Program-made: the position numbers and the translations under genes
The notes under the pieces: model-generated
Told to the model about the DNA's origin: nothing
Database searches by the model: none
What the model saw: the letters and a program-made list of their open reading frames with translations, nothing else
Shown: one piece after another, positions 48,112 to 58,998 of the stretch
Position numbering within the stretch: the stretch's first letter is position 1
Layout: every line of letters begins with the position of its first letter
Source: an uncultured Bacilli bacterium
GTDB lineage: Bacteria > Bacillota_I > Bacilli_A > RF39 > UBA660
Assembly (NCBI GenBank): GCA_944371315.1
Contig: CALVXN010000002.1
Coordinates: forward strand, 1,046 to 65,045
DNA length: 64,000 nucleotides
Direction: 5' to 3'

Positions 48112-48825
48112 ATGAAGTATTTGGTATGTAATTTTAAAAATAAATTAAATAAAGAAGATATAATTAAATATAATAATAGAATTAGTGAATTAGTGAGCAA
48201 AAAGGTTAAGTTGGTTATTGTGCCATCTTTACCTTTTTTATGCTGTTTTAATAATTCTAATTATAGTATTGGTAGTCAAGATATATCATCCTTTATGGAT
48301 AAAACTATTACTGGTGAAGTTACTGGTGAACAACTTAAAAGTATTGGGGTAGAATATGTAATAGTAGGTCATAGTGAAAGAAGAATGTATAAACAAGAAA
48401 TTAATATAGATTTTATTAATAAAATAAATAATGCATTGGAAAATGATATAAAAGTAATATATTGTATTGGAGAAACATTAAAAGATAAAGAAGAAGGAAA
48501 TACTTATATTGTTTTAGAAAAACAAATAAGTGAAGTATTAAATAATGTTGATTTAAAAAATATAATGATTGCTTATGAACCTGTTTGGGCGATTGGGACT
48601 GGAATTACTCCTAAGACAAAAGATATTTGTGAAACTGTAGAATTTATAAAAGATATAATTGATGAAAAATATGATATTAATATAGGTGTATTATATGGTG
48701 GAAGTGTTAATCCTGAAAATATTGAGGAATTAAGCTCTATTAAAAATGTGTCTGGTTTCTTAGTTGGGGGAGCTAGCTTAAAAGTAACAAATGTTATTGA
48801 TATGTTGGATATACTAGATAAGTAA
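48112..48825 (+). CDS. tpiA: Triosephosphate isomerase
   Basis: VGHSERR, the YEPVWAIGTG catalytic loop and YGGSV motifs. Confidence 0.9.
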   Translation: MKYLVCNFKNKLNKEDIIKYNNRISELVSKKVKLVIVPSLPFLCCFNNSNYSIGSQDISSFMDKTITGEVTGEQLKSIGVEYVIVGHSERRMYKQEINIDFINKINNALENDIKVIYCIGETLKDKEEGNTYIVLEKQISEVLNNVDLKNIMIAYEPVWAIGTGITPKTKDICETVEFIKDIIDEKYDINIGVLYGGSVNPENIEELSSIKNVSGFLVGGASLKVTNVIDMLDILDK

Positions 48826-48876
48826 ATTTATATGTGTTCGTTTTTTTGTGACAAGTCTTTACACCGATTTACATTA

Positions 48877-48883
48877 TTCGACA
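48877..48883 (-). promoter_or_regulatory. Candidate Spo0A box (TGTCGAA) upstream of spo0A
   Basis: TTCGACA on the plus strand is a perfect match to the 0A-box core, 84 bp before the spo0A start. A 7-mer alone is weak evidence. Confidence 0.35.
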
Positions 48884-48966
48884 AATGTTTTTGTAGCATT
48901 TTGTCCGTTTATAAATTATAATTGGTTTATGTGCAGTGAAAATACATTCAAAGAAAGAGGACACTT

Positions 48967-49731
48967 ATGAACAAAGAAATTAAAGTAGTTGTAGTAGATG
49001 ACAACGAAGCAGTATTAAGTAGTGTTAAGAAGTATTTCAACAACAGCGAACTTATTAATATTGTAGGAACATTTAATAATGGAAAGGTAGCACTTGATTA
49101 TTTAATAAATAATAGTAGTGAATATGATTTGGCAATTTTAGATATATTGTTACCACAAATTGATGGAATAAAGATATTGCAAGAAATGAAAAATAATAAT
49201 ATCAATAAAAAGACAATGATTTTATCTAGTTTTAAAGATGATTATACTATTAGAAGATTACAAAGTTATGGAGTAAGTTATTATATGCTTAAACCTATAG
49301 ATTTAGATATTTTAAATGGAAGAATATTGGATTTATTTGATGAAGCTGAAAAAGTTAAATATTCTAATGATTCAACTATTGAGATTGAAGTTAGTTCAAT
49401 GCTTCATAATTTAGGTATTCCTTCACATGTAAAAGGATATAAATATATAAGAGAAGGAATTATGCTACTTTATTCGAGTGAAGATAGTATGCATTTAATA
49501 ACTAAGGAAATATATCCTGAAATTGCTCTTAAATTTAATACTACTTCTTCAAGAGTAGAAAGAGCAATAAGACATGCAATAGAAATTAGTTGGATTAGAG
49601 GAGATTTAAAATTAATGGAAAATATATTTGGTAATAGTATTGATTTTGAAAGAAGTAGACCAACTAATTCTGAATTTTTAACTACTATTGCTGATAGATT
49701 AAAACTTAAAAATCGACAATTTGTTTGGTAA
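48967..49731 (+). CDS. spo0A: Sporulation master response regulator Spo0A
   Basis: Receiver domain (VVVDDN, phospho-Asp context LAILDILLPQIDG, YMLKP). The Spo0A-specific C-terminus has HVKGYKYIREGI and SRVERAIRHAIEISW. Confidence 0.9.
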   Translation: MNKEIKVVVVDDNEAVLSSVKKYFNNSELINIVGTFNNGKVALDYLINNSSEYDLAILDILLPQIDGIKILQEMKNNNINKKTMILSSFKDDYTIRRLQSYGVSYYMLKPIDLDILNGRILDLFDEAEKVKYSNDSTIEIEVSSMLHNLGIPSHVKGYKYIREGIMLLYSSEDSMHLITKEIYPEIALKFNTTSSRVERAIRHAIEISWIRGDLKLMENIFGNSIDFERSRPTNSEFLTTIADRLKLKNRQFVW

Positions 49732-49760
49732 CATATACTGGTGTATATGTTGTTTTTTTA
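49730..49760 (+). terminator. Intrinsic terminator after spo0A
   Basis: ACATATAC-TGGT-GTATATGT hairpin followed by TGTTTTTTT. Confidence 0.7.
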
Positions 49761-49799
49761 TTTTGATTGTGCTATTCTATACTTGAAAGTGGTGATACC

Positions 49800-51305
49800 G
49801 TGAAGAAAATATTAACTATAATTTTAGATGGATTTGGTATTAGAGATGAAGAATTAGGAAATGCTGTTAAAGCTGCTAATATGACTAATTTTAATAATTT
49901 GTGGAAAAATTATCCCCATACTCTTTTAGAAGCATCTGGTTCTTATGTTGGGCTTATGGATGGGCAACCAGGTAATAGTGAAGTTGGTCATATGACTATT
50001 GGAGCAGGTAGAATTTTAAAGCAACCAGAAATATTAGTTAAAGATTTTTTGGATAATCCTAATATGGAAGATAAAAATATGATTAAATTATTATCTATGA
50101 AAGATAAAGATATTCATATTATGGGGTTATGTAGTGATGGTAATATTCATGCTAGTATTGATCATTTTATTTCTATGTATAAAATATTAGTTAATAATGG
50201 ATTTACTAAAATACATTTTCATGTAATAACAGATGGAAGAGATACTAAGGTAAATGTGTCATATAAATATATAGATATGTTAAAGAAAGTTATTTTAGAA
50301 AATAATGGTATTGGGGATATTGCCACGGTTTGTGGTAGATATTATGCGATGGACCGTGATGAAAATTGGGATAGAACTAAACTTTATTATGATTTAGTTG
50401 TGCATGGAAAAGGAATTAGTTCAATTGATGTTGAAAAAAGTATAAATTCTAGTTATCAAAACAATATTACAGATGAATTTATAAGACCAATAAAGTGTTC
50501 TGGAAATTTAATTAAAAATGGAGATGTATTATTATGGATGAATTTTAGGACAGACCGTGCTAAACAAATTTTAAGTGCTTTTGTAAATTGGGAATCTTTT
50601 AATGGCTTTGATGTTGATAATATGAGTGATTTAACTGTTTTTAGTATGTTGCCTGTTGATAAAAAAATTAAAACATATAATTTAGTTGAACCAGTTGAAA
50701 TTAAAAATTCTTTGGGACTATATTTAAGTGAACTTGGATTTACTCAAGCTAGAATTGCTGAATCAGAAAAGTTTCCTCATGTAACATACTTTTTTGATGG
50801 CGGATATAATGGAAAAATTGAAAAGTGTGATAAATTTCATATTCCCTCACCAGAAGTTGCTACTTATGATTTAAAACCTGAAATGAGTTGTGTTGAAGTT
50901 ACTAAAAAAGTTTTAAGTGCAATGAATGCTGATTACGATTTTATATTAGTTAATTTTGCTAATCCTGATATGGTTGGTCATACTGGTAATATGGATGCTG
51001 CAACAAAAGCTTGTATGGCAATAGATATATGTTTAGGTAAAATACTTGAACTTGCTGAAGATAATTTTTATAAAGTTATTTTACTTGCCGATCATGGAAA
51101 TGCTGAAATAATGGTTAATGATGATGGAAGTATGTGCACAACTCATACTACTAGTAAGGTTCCTTTTATTGTCTGCGATAGTAAAGTTAAGTTAAAGGAA
51201 AGTGGTTCTTTAATTAATGTAGCTCCGACAATACTTGATTATATGGATATAGCTGCTCCTATTGAAATGGAAGGAACTGAGTCTTTGCTTGTTGATAATA
51301 ATTAA
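49800..51305 (+). CDS. gpmI: 2,3-bisphosphoglycerate-independent phosphoglycerate mutase
   Basis: ORF 49767..51305. The likely start is GTG at 49800, giving KKILTIILDGFGIR. GNSEVGHMTIGAGR, DGRDT and ADHGNAE motifs are present. Confidence 0.9.
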   Translation: MKKILTIILDGFGIRDEELGNAVKAANMTNFNNLWKNYPHTLLEASGSYVGLMDGQPGNSEVGHMTIGAGRILKQPEILVKDFLDNPNMEDKNMIKLLSMKDKDIHIMGLCSDGNIHASIDHFISMYKILVNNGFTKIHFHVITDGRDTKVNVSYKYIDMLKKVILENNGIGDIATVCGRYYAMDRDENWDRTKLYYDLVVHGKGISSIDVEKSINSSYQNNITDEFIRPIKCSGNLIKNGDVLLWMNFRTDRAKQILSAFVNWESFNGFDVDNMSDLTVFSMLPVDKKIKTYNLVEPVEIKNSLGLYLSELGFTQARIAESEKFPHVTYFFDGGYNGKIEKCDKFHIPSPEVATYDLKPEMSCVEVTKKVLSAMNADYDFILVNFANPDMVGHTGNMDAATKACMAIDICLGKILELAEDNFYKVILLADHGNAEIMVNDDGSMCTTHTTSKVPFIVCDSKVKLKESGSLINVAPTILDYMDIAAPIEMEGTESLLVDNN

Positions 51306-51308
51306 AAT

Positions 51309-51335
51309 ACATGTAACTTTTGCATGTTTTTTTTA
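51309..51335 (+). terminator. Weak hairpin plus T-run after gpmI
   Basis: ACATG ... CATGT 5-bp stem followed by a T8 run. Confidence 0.35.
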
Positions 51336-51511
51336 ATTTTTTGTAAATTTTTGCTTGATTTTAATATTATTTAATGATAACATTATAGACGTATGACTGC
51401 GTTGATGTGCAAGGTTACTGATACACTAGGATGAGTTGGTAATAATAGTTGCATTAGAGAACTTGTGCGGAGTATGTCTATACTAGATATAGGCGAAAGG
51501 AGGACATGTAA

Positions 51512-51820
51512 ATGTCAAATACAAAAGTTAGAATCAATTTGAGAGCTTATGATCATCGTTTACTTGATATAGCAGCTGGTAAAATTGTTGAAACTGTAAA
51601 AAGAACTGGCGGAGAAATTTCTGGGCCTGTTCCACTACCAACTGAAATTGAAAAAGTTACAGTTTTAAGAGCCGTTCATAAATATAAAGATGCTCGTGAA
51701 CAATTTGAAAGAAGAACTCATAAGAGATTAATTGATATTAAAAATCCTAGTAAGGAAACAATTGATGCTTTAACTCATTTGGATTTACCAAGTGGCGTTG
51801 ATGTAAATGTAAAATTATAA
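51512..51820 (+). CDS. rpsJ: 30S ribosomal protein S10
   Basis: [14 protein letters not shown] signature. First gene of the S10 operon. Confidence 0.95.
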   Translation: MSNTKVRINLRAYDHRLLDIAAGKIVETVKRTGGEISGPVPLPTEIEKVTVLRAVHKYKDAREQFERRTHKRLIDIKNPSKETIDALTHLDLPSGVDVNVKL

Positions 51821-51845
51821 TTAAATTAAAGGAAGGAAAATTATT

Positions 51846-52619
51846 ATGAAAGGAATCTTAGGACGCAAAGTTGGAATGACCCAAGTATTTACTAAAGATG
51901 GTAAACTTATTCCTGTTACAGTTGTAGAAGTTGAACCAAATGTAGTAATGCAAGTTAAAACTGTTGATAAAGATGGTTATAATGCTATCCAACTTGGCGT
52001 ATTTGAAAAGAAAGAAAAATTAGCAAATAAACCAGAAATGGGAAATGCTAAAAAAGCAAATACTACTCCTAAGCGCTTCTTAAAAGAAATAAGAAATGTT
52101 GAATCAGCTTATAATATTGGTGATACAATCGGCGCTACAGTATTTGAAGTTGGAGAAATTGTTGATGTAACAGGAACTAGTAAAGGTAAAGGATTTACAG
52201 GTGTTATTAAAAGACACAATCAATCTCGTGGACCTATGACTCATGGCTCACATTATCATAGAGGACCTGGATCACTAGGAACAATGTTACCAAAAAGAGT
52301 TTTGAAAGGTAAAAAGTTGGCTGGACACATGGGTGTTGAAACTGTTACTATTCAAAATCTTGAAATTATTGAAGTAAATGAATCAGAAAATTATATTTTA
52401 ATTAGCGGAAATGTTCCAGGAGCAAAAAATTCTTTAGTGTTAATAAAATCTGCAGTAAAAAATAGTCGTAAGGCAGATCCTAAAGAAATACTTGAATATG
52501 AAGTAGAAACAGTTGTAGATGAAGTTGTAGAATCAAACGTAGAAAATACAACTAATGAAGATGTTAACACTGCGGAAGAAACTTCAGAAATCAAGGAAGA
52601 AATAGAAGAAAGCAAATAA
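51846..52619 (+). CDS. rplC: 50S ribosomal protein L3 (with an acidic C-terminal extension)
   Basis: [14 protein letters not shown] and [12 protein letters not shown] motifs. There are roughly 45 extra acidic residues after the conserved core. Confidence 0.95.
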   Translation: MKGILGRKVGMTQVFTKDGKLIPVTVVEVEPNVVMQVKTVDKDGYNAIQLGVFEKKEKLANKPEMGNAKKANTTPKRFLKEIRNVESAYNIGDTIGATVFEVGEIVDVTGTSKGKGFTGVIKRHNQSRGPMTHGSHYHRGPGSLGTMLPKRVLKGKKLAGHMGVETVTIQNLEIIEVNESENYILISGNVPGAKNSLVLIKSAVKNSRKADPKEILEYEVETVVDEVVESNVENTTNEDVNTAEETSEIKEEIEESK

Positions 52620-52645
52620 TTTGCTAACTTTGGAAAGGATTTAAA

Positions 52646-53269
52646 ATGACAAAGATAAGTGTTAAAAACCTAAATGGTGAAAAAGTTAAAGATTTAACAT
52701 TAAAAGATACTGTTTGGAATATTGAAGTTAATAATGATTGCTTAAAAAAGATGATTCGTTTACAACTTGATGCTACTCGTCAAGGAACAAGAAAAACTAA
52801 AAACAGAAGTGAAGTTTCTGGCGGTGGAAGAAAGCCATGGAGACAAAAAGGAACTGGACGTGCTCGTCAAGGAAGCATTAGAGCTACACAATGGAGAGGT
52901 GGCGGAATTCCTTTTGGAGTTCAACCAAGAGATTATTCATTTAAAATAAACAAGAAAGAAAGAGTTATTGCTTTAAAGAGCGCTTTAACATTAAAAAATG
53001 TTGGTAAAGAATTAGTTGTTGTTGATAACTTTAATTTAGCAACAAATAAAACAAAAGATGCAATTAATATGTTAAATGCATTAAAACTAGATAATAAAAT
53101 TTTATTCGTTACTAGTGATGATGCAGAAAATTTATATTTAGCTACTAGAAATTTACCAAATGCATTAGTAATTTATGCTGATGAAATTAACTGCTATGAT
53201 CTTGTTAATGCTGATGTATTAGTTTGTGATGAAGCAGCAGTTAAACAAATTGAGGAGGTGCTTAAATAA
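52646..53269 (+). CDS. rplD: 50S ribosomal protein L4
   Basis: GGGRKPWRQKGTGRARQGS motif. Confidence 0.95.
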   Translation: MTKISVKNLNGEKVKDLTLKDTVWNIEVNNDCLKKMIRLQLDATRQGTRKTKNRSEVSGGGRKPWRQKGTGRARQGSIRATQWRGGGIPFGVQPRDYSFKINKKERVIALKSALTLKNVGKELVVVDNFNLATNKTKDAINMLNALKLDNKILFVTSDDAENLYLATRNLPNALVIYADEINCYDLVNADVLVCDEAAVKQIEEVLK

Positions 53270-53544
53270 TGAAACATTATTCAGATATCATTATTGCACC
53301 AGTTATTACTGAAAAGTCAATGGCTAATAAAGCTAATGGTGTTTATACTTTTAAAGTAGTAAAAAATGCTACAAAAGAAGACATTAAACAAGCTGTAGAA
53401 GCAGCATTTAACGTAAGTGTTAAAAGTGTAAATACACTTAATACAAAATCAAAGAAAAGAAGAGTTGGAAAATACTCTGGAAGAACTAAGACTTATAAAA
53501 AAGCTATCGTAACATTAGAAGCTGGTTCTTCTATAGATATTTAG
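53269..53544 (+). CDS. rplW: 50S ribosomal protein L23
   Basis: [11 protein letters not shown] motif and operon position. Confidence 0.95.
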   Translation: MKHYSDIIIAPVITEKSMANKANGVYTFKVVKNATKEDIKQAVEAAFNVSVKSVNTLNTKSKKRRVGKYSGRTKTYKKAIVTLEAGSSIDI

Positions 53545-53557
53545 TGAGGAGGATATT

Positions 53558-54388
53558 ATGGCAATTAAACATTATAAACCAACGACTAATGGACGTCGTG
53601 GAATGAGTAGTCTTATAAATGATGAAATAACAACTGATACTCCTACTAAATCTTTACTTAAAAGTAAAAGTAAAACTGGTGGAAGAAATAATCAAGGAAA
53701 AATGACTGTTCGTCATATTGGTGGCGGAGCAAAAAGAAAATATCGTGTAATTGATTATAAACGTAATAAAATAGGAGTTACAGGTAGAGTTGCTTCAATT
53801 GAATATGATCCAAATAGAACAGCAAATATTGCATTAATTAATTATAAAGATGGAGAAAAAAGATATATTATTGCTCCAAATGGTTTAAAAGTTGGGGCTA
53901 TTATTGAAAATGGTGAAGGTGCTGATATTAAAGTTGGTAACGCTTTACCTCTTAAAAATATTCCTGTAGGAACTACTGTTCATTGTATTGAACTTCAACC
54001 TGGAAAAGGCGCTGAAATTTGCCGTAGTGCTGGAGCTAGCGCTCAAATATTAGGCCGTGAAGGTAAATATGTAATGGTTCGTTTACAATCTGGTGAAACT
54101 AGATTAATATTAGGTAATTGTATTGCAACAATTGGCGTTGTAGGTAATGAAGATTATAAATTAGTTAATTTAGGAAAAGCTGGACGTAAACGTCATATGG
54201 GTATCAGACCTACTAACCGTGGTTCTGTAATGAATCCAAATGATCACCCTCATGGTGGTGGAGAAGGTCGTGCGCCAATTGGACGTAAGAGTCCGATGAC
54301 ACCTTGGGGTAAACCTGCTTTAGGTGTTAAAACTCGTAAGAGCAAAAAGAAAAGTGAAAAGCTAATTGTAAGTAGAAAGGTTAAATAG
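53558..54388 (+). CDS. rplB: 50S ribosomal protein L2
   Basis: [27 protein letters not shown] motif. Confidence 0.95.
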   Translation: MAIKHYKPTTNGRRGMSSLINDEITTDTPTKSLLKSKSKTGGRNNQGKMTVRHIGGGAKRKYRVIDYKRNKIGVTGRVASIEYDPNRTANIALINYKDGEKRYIIAPNGLKVGAIIENGEGADIKVGNALPLKNIPVGTTVHCIELQPGKGAEICRSAGASAQILGREGKYVMVRLQSGETRLILGNCIATIGVVGNEDYKLVNLGKAGRKRHMGIRPTNRGSVMNPNDHPHGGGEGRAPIGRKSPMTPWGKPALGVKTRKSKKKSEKLIVSRKVK

Positions 54389-54396
54389 GTGGGATT

Positions 54397-54660
54397 ATGG
54401 CAAGAAGTTTAAAAAAAGGACCTTATGTTTGTGAATCTTTGATGAAAAAAGTTCAAGAAATGAATAAGGGAAGTAAAAAAACAGTTATTAAAACTTGGTC
54501 TAGAAGATCTACTATTTTTCCTGATTTTGTAGGACATACAATAGCTGTTCATAATGGTAAAGATTTTATACCAGTGTATATTACTGAAGACATGGTAGGA
54601 CATAAGCTTGGAGAATTTTCTCAAACTCGTAAGTTTACTGGCCATGCAGGAAATAAATAG
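54397..54660 (+). CDS. rpsS: 30S ribosomal protein S19
   Basis: [10 protein letters not shown] and [13 protein letters not shown] motifs. Confidence 0.95.
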   Translation: MARSLKKGPYVCESLMKKVQEMNKGSKKTVIKTWSRRSTIFPDFVGHTIAVHNGKDFIPVYITEDMVGHKLGEFSQTRKFTGHAGNK

Positions 54661-54668
54661 GAGGTATC

Positions 54669-55016
54669 ATGGAAGCATATGCAATTCATAAAAATGCTTT
54701 AATTAAACCTAGACTTGCAAGAATGACTATGGATTTAATTAGAGGAAAAGATGTAGAAACGGCTAGAGGGATATTAGAAAATACTAATACAAAAGCAAGT
54801 AGACTTATTTTAAAAGTTTTGAATTCTGCTGTTGCCAATGCTGTTAATAATTTTGGTGCAAATGAATCAAGTTTAAGAATTAGTGAATGTTATATAAATC
54901 CAGGACCTGTTTATAAACGTATAAAATTTGCTAGTCGTGGAAATGTAGACCGTCACGATAAGAGAAGTAGTCACATTACTGTTTGTGTAAGTGACGCTGC
55001 GAAAGGAGTTAAATAG
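54669..55016 (+). CDS. rplV: 50S ribosomal protein L22
   Basis: Operon position. [11 protein letters not shown] and RSSHITV motifs. Confidence 0.9.
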   Translation: MEAYAIHKNALIKPRLARMTMDLIRGKDVETARGILENTNTKASRLILKVLNSAVANAVNNFGANESSLRISECYINPGPVYKRIKFASRGNVDRHDKRSSHITVCVSDAAKGVK

Positions 55017-55017
55017 T

Positions 55018-55695
55018 ATGGGACAAAAAGTTAATCCTATAGGTTATCGTCTTGGTGTTAATAAAGATTGGCAATCTAAGTGGTATTCTAAGGATAAATA
55101 TCCTGAATATTTAATAAATGATATTAAAATAAGAGAATATTTAGAAAAGAATATGAAAGATGCTGCAATCGCAAGCGTTATCATCGAAAGAAAAAATAAC
55201 CGAGTAGATGTTACTATTTATACTGCAAAACCTGGTGTAATTATTGGCCGTGGCGGAGAAGATATAGAAAAATTAAGAAAGAAAATTGCTAAACTTGTTG
55301 GTGAAGAAATTTATATTAATATAGTTGAAGAAAAAAATCCTGATTTAAATGCACAATTAGTAGCAAATAATATTGCTAGTCAAATAGCTGCAAGAGCACC
55401 ATTTAGATCAGCTCAAAAAAGAGCTATTAGAAACGTAATGAAAGCTGGCGCTAAAGGATGTAAGACTAGTGTATCAGGTCGTTTAGGTGGAGCTGAAATG
55501 GCAAGAACTGAAGGTTATACTGAAGGAACCGTTCCACTTCATACAATCCGTGCAGATGTTGATTATGCTATTTCTGAAGCTGATACAACTTATGGAAAAA
55601 TTGGTGTAAAAGTTTGGATTTATAAAAATGAAATTCTTCCTGCAAAAAAAACAGTGAAGGGAGCTGATAAAAATGTTGATGCCAAAAAGGACTAA
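55018..55695 (+). CDS. rpsC: 30S ribosomal protein S3
   Basis: ORF 54991..55695. The true start is [13 protein letters not shown] at 55018. Confidence 0.95.
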   Translation: MGQKVNPIGYRLGVNKDWQSKWYSKDKYPEYLINDIKIREYLEKNMKDAAIASVIIERKNNRVDVTIYTAKPGVIIGRGGEDIEKLRKKIAKLVGEEIYINIVEEKNPDLNAQLVANNIASQIAARAPFRSAQKRAIRNVMKAGAKGCKTSVSGRLGGAEMARTEGYTEGTVPLHTIRADVDYAISEADTTYGKIGVKVWIYKNEILPAKKTVKGADKNVDAKKD

Positions 55696-56110
55696 ATATC
55701 GTAAAAGTCATAGAATAAGTTATGATGGAAAAGCCAAAGGAAATATTGAATTAAATTTTGGTGATTATGGTTTAGTTGCTGTTGAAGGTGGATGGATATC
55801 TGCTCGTCAAATAGAAGCTGCTCGTATTGCAATGACACGTTATATGAAACGTGGAGGAAAAGTTTTTATTAACATATTCCCTCATATGCCAAGAACTAAA
55901 AAACCACTTGAAACTCGTCAAGGTAAAGGTAAAGGAAATGTTGATGAATGGGTAGCAGTAGTAAAAAAAGGTAAAATCATGTTTGAAATAACTGGCGTTA
56001 CCGAAGATGTTGCTCGTGAAGCATTGAGACTTGCTTCTCACAAATTATCTGTAAAATCAAAATTTATTAAAAAAGATAATGTAAAGGATGGTGATTCTCT
56101 TGGAAATTAA
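55673..56110 (+). CDS. rplP: 50S ribosomal protein L16
   Basis: [12 protein letters not shown]-terminus. It overlaps the end of rpsC. Confidence 0.95.
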   Translation: MLMPKRTKYRKSHRISYDGKAKGNIELNFGDYGLVAVEGGWISARQIEAARIAMTRYMKRGGKVFINIFPHMPRTKKPLETRQGKGKGNVDEWVAVVKKGKIMFEITGVTEDVAREALRLASHKLSVKSKFIKKDNVKDGDSLGN

Positions 56111-56300
56111 TGAACTAAGAAAATTATCAAATGAAGATTTAAAGAAAAAAATCATTGAAACAAAAGAAGAATTGTTTACTAAAAGAATGCAACAAGCTAA
56201 TGGAACTTTAGATAAACCAGTTGAATTAAGAACTTTACGTAGGGATGTTGCTAGAATGAAAACAATATTAAAAGAAAGAGAAATTGGAGGTAACGAATAA
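56088..56300 (+). CDS. rpmC: 50S ribosomal protein L29
   Basis: [27 protein letters not shown] pattern. The start is ambiguous (ATG at 56088 or TTG at 56100). Confidence 0.9.
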   Translation: MVILLEINELRKLSNEDLKKKIIETKEELFTKRMQQANGTLDKPVELRTLRRDVARMKTILKEREIGGNE

Positions 56301-56557
56301 TGGCTTTAAATAAACCAGAATTAATTGGAAAAGTTGTTAGTGCATCTAATAATAAAACAATTACTGTTAACGTAGAAACTTCAAAAAAACATCCTTTATA
56401 TAATAAACGTGTAAAATATTCAAAAAAATATGCTGCACATGATGAATTTAATAAAGCAAAAGTAGGAGATACAGTTAAAATTAGAATGACTAGACCATTA
56501 TCTAAAACTAAAAGATATGAACTAGTTGAAGTTCTTGTTGAAGCTGTTATCCTTTAG
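56300..56557 (+). CDS. rpsQ: 30S ribosomal protein S17
   Basis: [17 protein letters not shown] and YAAHDE motifs. Confidence 0.95.
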   Translation: MALNKPELIGKVVSASNNKTITVNVETSKKHPLYNKRVKYSKKYAAHDEFNKAKVGDTVKIRMTRPLSKTKRYELVEVLVEAVIL

Positions 56558-56568
56558 GAGGTATTATT

Positions 56569-56937
56569 ATGGTAATGCAAGAAACTAGACTTAAAGTTGC
56601 TGACAACAGTGGTGCTCGTGAACTTTTAGTTATTAAAGTTATGGGTGGATCTAAAGTTAAATATGGTAATATTGGTGATGTTGTTGTTGGAACTGTAAAA
56701 AAAGCAATTCCTAATAGTCCTGTTAAAAAAGGTAAAGTTGTTAAAGCAGTTATTGTGAGAACTGTTGAAGGTGTTAGAAGAAAAGATGGTTCTTATATTA
56801 AATTTGATGATAATGCATGTGTATTAATTAAAGATGATAAGTCTCCAATTGGAACACGTGTGTTAGGACCAGTTGCTAGAGAGTTAAGAGAAAAAGATTA
56901 TATGAAAATCGTATCTCTTGCTCCAGAAGTTTTATAG
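56569..56937 (+). CDS. rplN: 50S ribosomal protein L14
   Basis: [10 protein letters not shown] motif. The start is at 56569 or ATG at 56575. Confidence 0.95.
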   Translation: MVMQETRLKVADNSGARELLVIKVMGGSKVKYGNIGDVVVGTVKKAIPNSPVKKGKVVKAVIVRTVEGVRRKDGSYIKFDDNACVLIKDDKSPIGTRVLGPVARELREKDYMKIVSLAPEVL

Positions 56938-56945
56938 GAGGACTT

Positions 56946-57290
56946 ATGAAAATAAAAGTTGGAGATACAGTTAAAATTATTGCTGGAAAAGATAAAGGAA
57001 AAGAAGGCAAGGTTTTAAGAACTTTAAAGAAAGAATCAAAAGTAGTAGTAGAAGGTTTAAATATTGTTAAAAAGCATAGTAAACCAACTAATACTAATGA
57101 TAAGGGAGGTATATTTGATATTGAGGCTCCTATTCATGTATCAAATGTAAAAGTTATTACTCCTGAAGAAGCAAAAAAAGCTAAAAAAGATGCTAAAACA
57201 TCAATAAAAAAAGAAAAAGTAGAAGAAAAGAAAGTAGTAGTTGAAGAAAATAAAACTGCAAAGAAAACTTCTAAGAAAGTGAGTAAGTAG
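56946..57290 (+). CDS. rplX: 50S ribosomal protein L24 (Lys-rich C-terminal tail)
   Basis: [25 protein letters not shown] motif. Confidence 0.95.
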   Translation: MKIKVGDTVKIIAGKDKGKEGKVLRTLKKESKVVVEGLNIVKKHSKPTNTNDKGGIFDIEAPIHVSNVKVITPEEAKKAKKDAKTSIKKEKVEEKKVVVEENKTAKKTSKKVSK

Positions 57291-57292
57291 TT

Positions 57293-57832
57293 ATGAGTAA
57301 TTTTAAAGAAAAATATAATAATGAAATTGTTCCTAATTTAATGAAGGAATTTAATTATACTACTATTATGCAAGTTCCAAAACTTGAAAAAATTATAATT
57401 AATATTGGTGTTGGTGATGGTAGTAAAGATGAAAAATTTATTACTGCTGCTGTAAAGGATCTTGAAAAAATAAGTGGTCAAAAACCAATTGTTACGAAAG
57501 CTCGTAAATCAATTGCTGGATTTAAAATACGTGAAGGACAACCTGTTGGAGTAAAAGTTACTTTAAGAGGAGAAAATATGTATTATTTCTTTGAAAAATT
57601 AGTTAAAATTGGTTTACCTAGAGTTAGAGATTTTCGTGGAGTTTCTGCTCATTCATTTGATGGTAAAGGAAATTACACTTTAGGTATAAAAGAACAATTA
57701 ATATTTCCAGAAATTGAATATGATGATGTCGTAAAAGTTCGTGGAATGGATGTTGTATTTGTTACAACAGCAAAGAGCAATGAAGAAGCTAAAAGTTTAT
57801 TAAAGGGCTTTGGAATGCCTTTCAAGAATTAA
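57293..57832 (+). CDS. rplE: 50S ribosomal protein L5
   Basis: Operon position. [13 protein letters not shown] and FRGVS motifs. Confidence 0.95.
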   Translation: MSNFKEKYNNEIVPNLMKEFNYTTIMQVPKLEKIIINIGVGDGSKDEKFITAAVKDLEKISGQKPIVTKARKSIAGFKIREGQPVGVKVTLRGENMYYFFEKLVKIGLPRVRDFRGVSAHSFDGKGNYTLGIKEQLIFPEIEYDDVVKVRGMDVVFVTTAKSNEEAKSLLKGFGMPFKN

Positions 57833-57842
57833 GGAGGACATT

Positions 57843-58028
57843 ATGGCAAAAAAAAGTATGATTGTAAAAAATAAAAGAACACCTAAATTCTCAACAAGAG
57901 CTTATACAAGATGTAATCGTTGTGGAAGACCTCATGGTGTGTTGAGAAAATATGGTATTTGTAGAATTTGCTTTAGAGAATTAGCAAATGAAGGTAAATT
58001 ACCAGGTGTTAAAAAATCTAGTTGGTAA
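57843..58028 (+). CDS. rpsN: 30S ribosomal protein S14 type Z (zinc-binding)
   Basis: ORF 57810..58028. The start is MAKKSMIVK at 57843. [10 protein letters not shown]...CRICFRE zinc ribbon is present. Confidence 0.95.
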   Translation: MAKKSMIVKNKRTPKFSTRAYTRCNRCGRPHGVLRKYGICRICFRELANEGKLPGVKKSSW

Positions 58029-58042
58029 GAAGGAGGAAAAAG

Positions 58043-58441
58043 ATGTTTGTTCAAGATAAAATAGCAGATATGTTAACTCGTATTCGTAATGCTAATCAAA
58101 TGAAATACAATACTGTTGAAGTTGTTGGAACTAAAATGACTTTGGGTATTGCTGAAATTTTAAAGAACGAAGGTTATATTGCTGATTATGTTTATGAAAA
58201 ACATAATAATGGTGATAAATTAACAATTACTTTAAAATATGGTGATAAAAAAGAAAGAGTTATTACTGGACTTAAAAGAATTAGTAAATCTGGTTTAAGA
58301 GTTTATGCTAAAGTGGATGAAATTCCTCGTGTTCTAAACGGACTAGGTATTGCTATAATTTCTACTTCTGAAGGGTTAATGACTGATAAAGAAGCTAGAG
58401 CTAAAGGGTTAGGAGGCGAAGTTCTTGCCTATATATGGTAA
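58043..58441 (+). CDS. rpsH: 30S ribosomal protein S8
   Basis: ORF 58022..58441. The start is at 58043, followed by [11 protein letters not shown]. Confidence 0.95.
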   Translation: MFVQDKIADMLTRIRNANQMKYNTVEVVGTKMTLGIAEILKNEGYIADYVYEKHNNGDKLTITLKYGDKKERVITGLKRISKSGLRVYAKVDEIPRVLNGLGIAIISTSEGLMTDKEARAKGLGGEVLAYIW

Positions 58442-58447
58442 GGTGTT

Positions 58448-58984
58448 ATGAGTAGAATAGGTGAAAGAAAGCTAAATATCCCTGAAGGTGTTACTGTAAA
58501 TATAACTGATAATGTTATTACAGTTAAAGGCCCAAAAGGTGAATTAAGTTATAAATTTAGTAATTTAATTAATGTAGAAGTTCAAGATAATTTAGTATTA
58601 ACTAAACAAGTTAAGAAAACTAAAACCGCAAATGTTATGCAAGGAACTACTAATTCATTAATAAATAATATGTTAATTGGTGTTTCTGCTGGTTTTAGTA
58701 AATCACTTGAAGCAGTTGGTGTTGGATATCGTTTTAATGTAAGCGGTAATAAAATTACTATAAATGCTGGATATTCTCATCCTGTTATTATGGAAGCACC
58801 AAAAGATTTAAGTGTTACTAGTGAATCAAATACTGAAATCACAATTCATGGTATTGATAAACAAAAAGTTTCTGAATTTGCTGCGAATGTTCGTAAGGTA
58901 AGAGAACCTGAACCTTATAAAGGAAAAGGAATTCGTTATAAAGATGAACATGTTCGTCGTAAAGAAGGAAAGAAAGCGGCATAG
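58448..58984 (+). CDS. rplF: 50S ribosomal protein L6
   Basis: MSRIGERKLNIPEGV and EPYKGKGIRY motifs. Confidence 0.95.
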   Translation: MSRIGERKLNIPEGVTVNITDNVITVKGPKGELSYKFSNLINVEVQDNLVLTKQVKKTKTANVMQGTTNSLINNMLIGVSAGFSKSLEAVGVGYRFNVSGNKITINAGYSHPVIMEAPKDLSVTSESNTEITIHGIDKQKVSEFAANVRKVREPEPYKGKGIRYKDEHVRRKEGKKAA

Positions 58985-58998
58985 GGAGGAGTTAAATT

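Noticed and set aside
48848-48856. TGTGACAAG and TTGTCCG near spo0A as additional 0A boxes or a sigma-H promoter
   Set aside because: They do not match the TGTCGAA core. I could not align a convincing sigma-H -35/-10 pair.
52391-52615. Alternate-frame or antisense ORFs inside ribosomal-protein genes (52391..52615, 52767..52949, 54409..54645, 55772..56041, 59921..60115, 60036..60296, 63062..63298, 63569..63760)
   Set aside because: They are nested in highly conserved ribosomal genes whose frames are unambiguous. There is no independent support.
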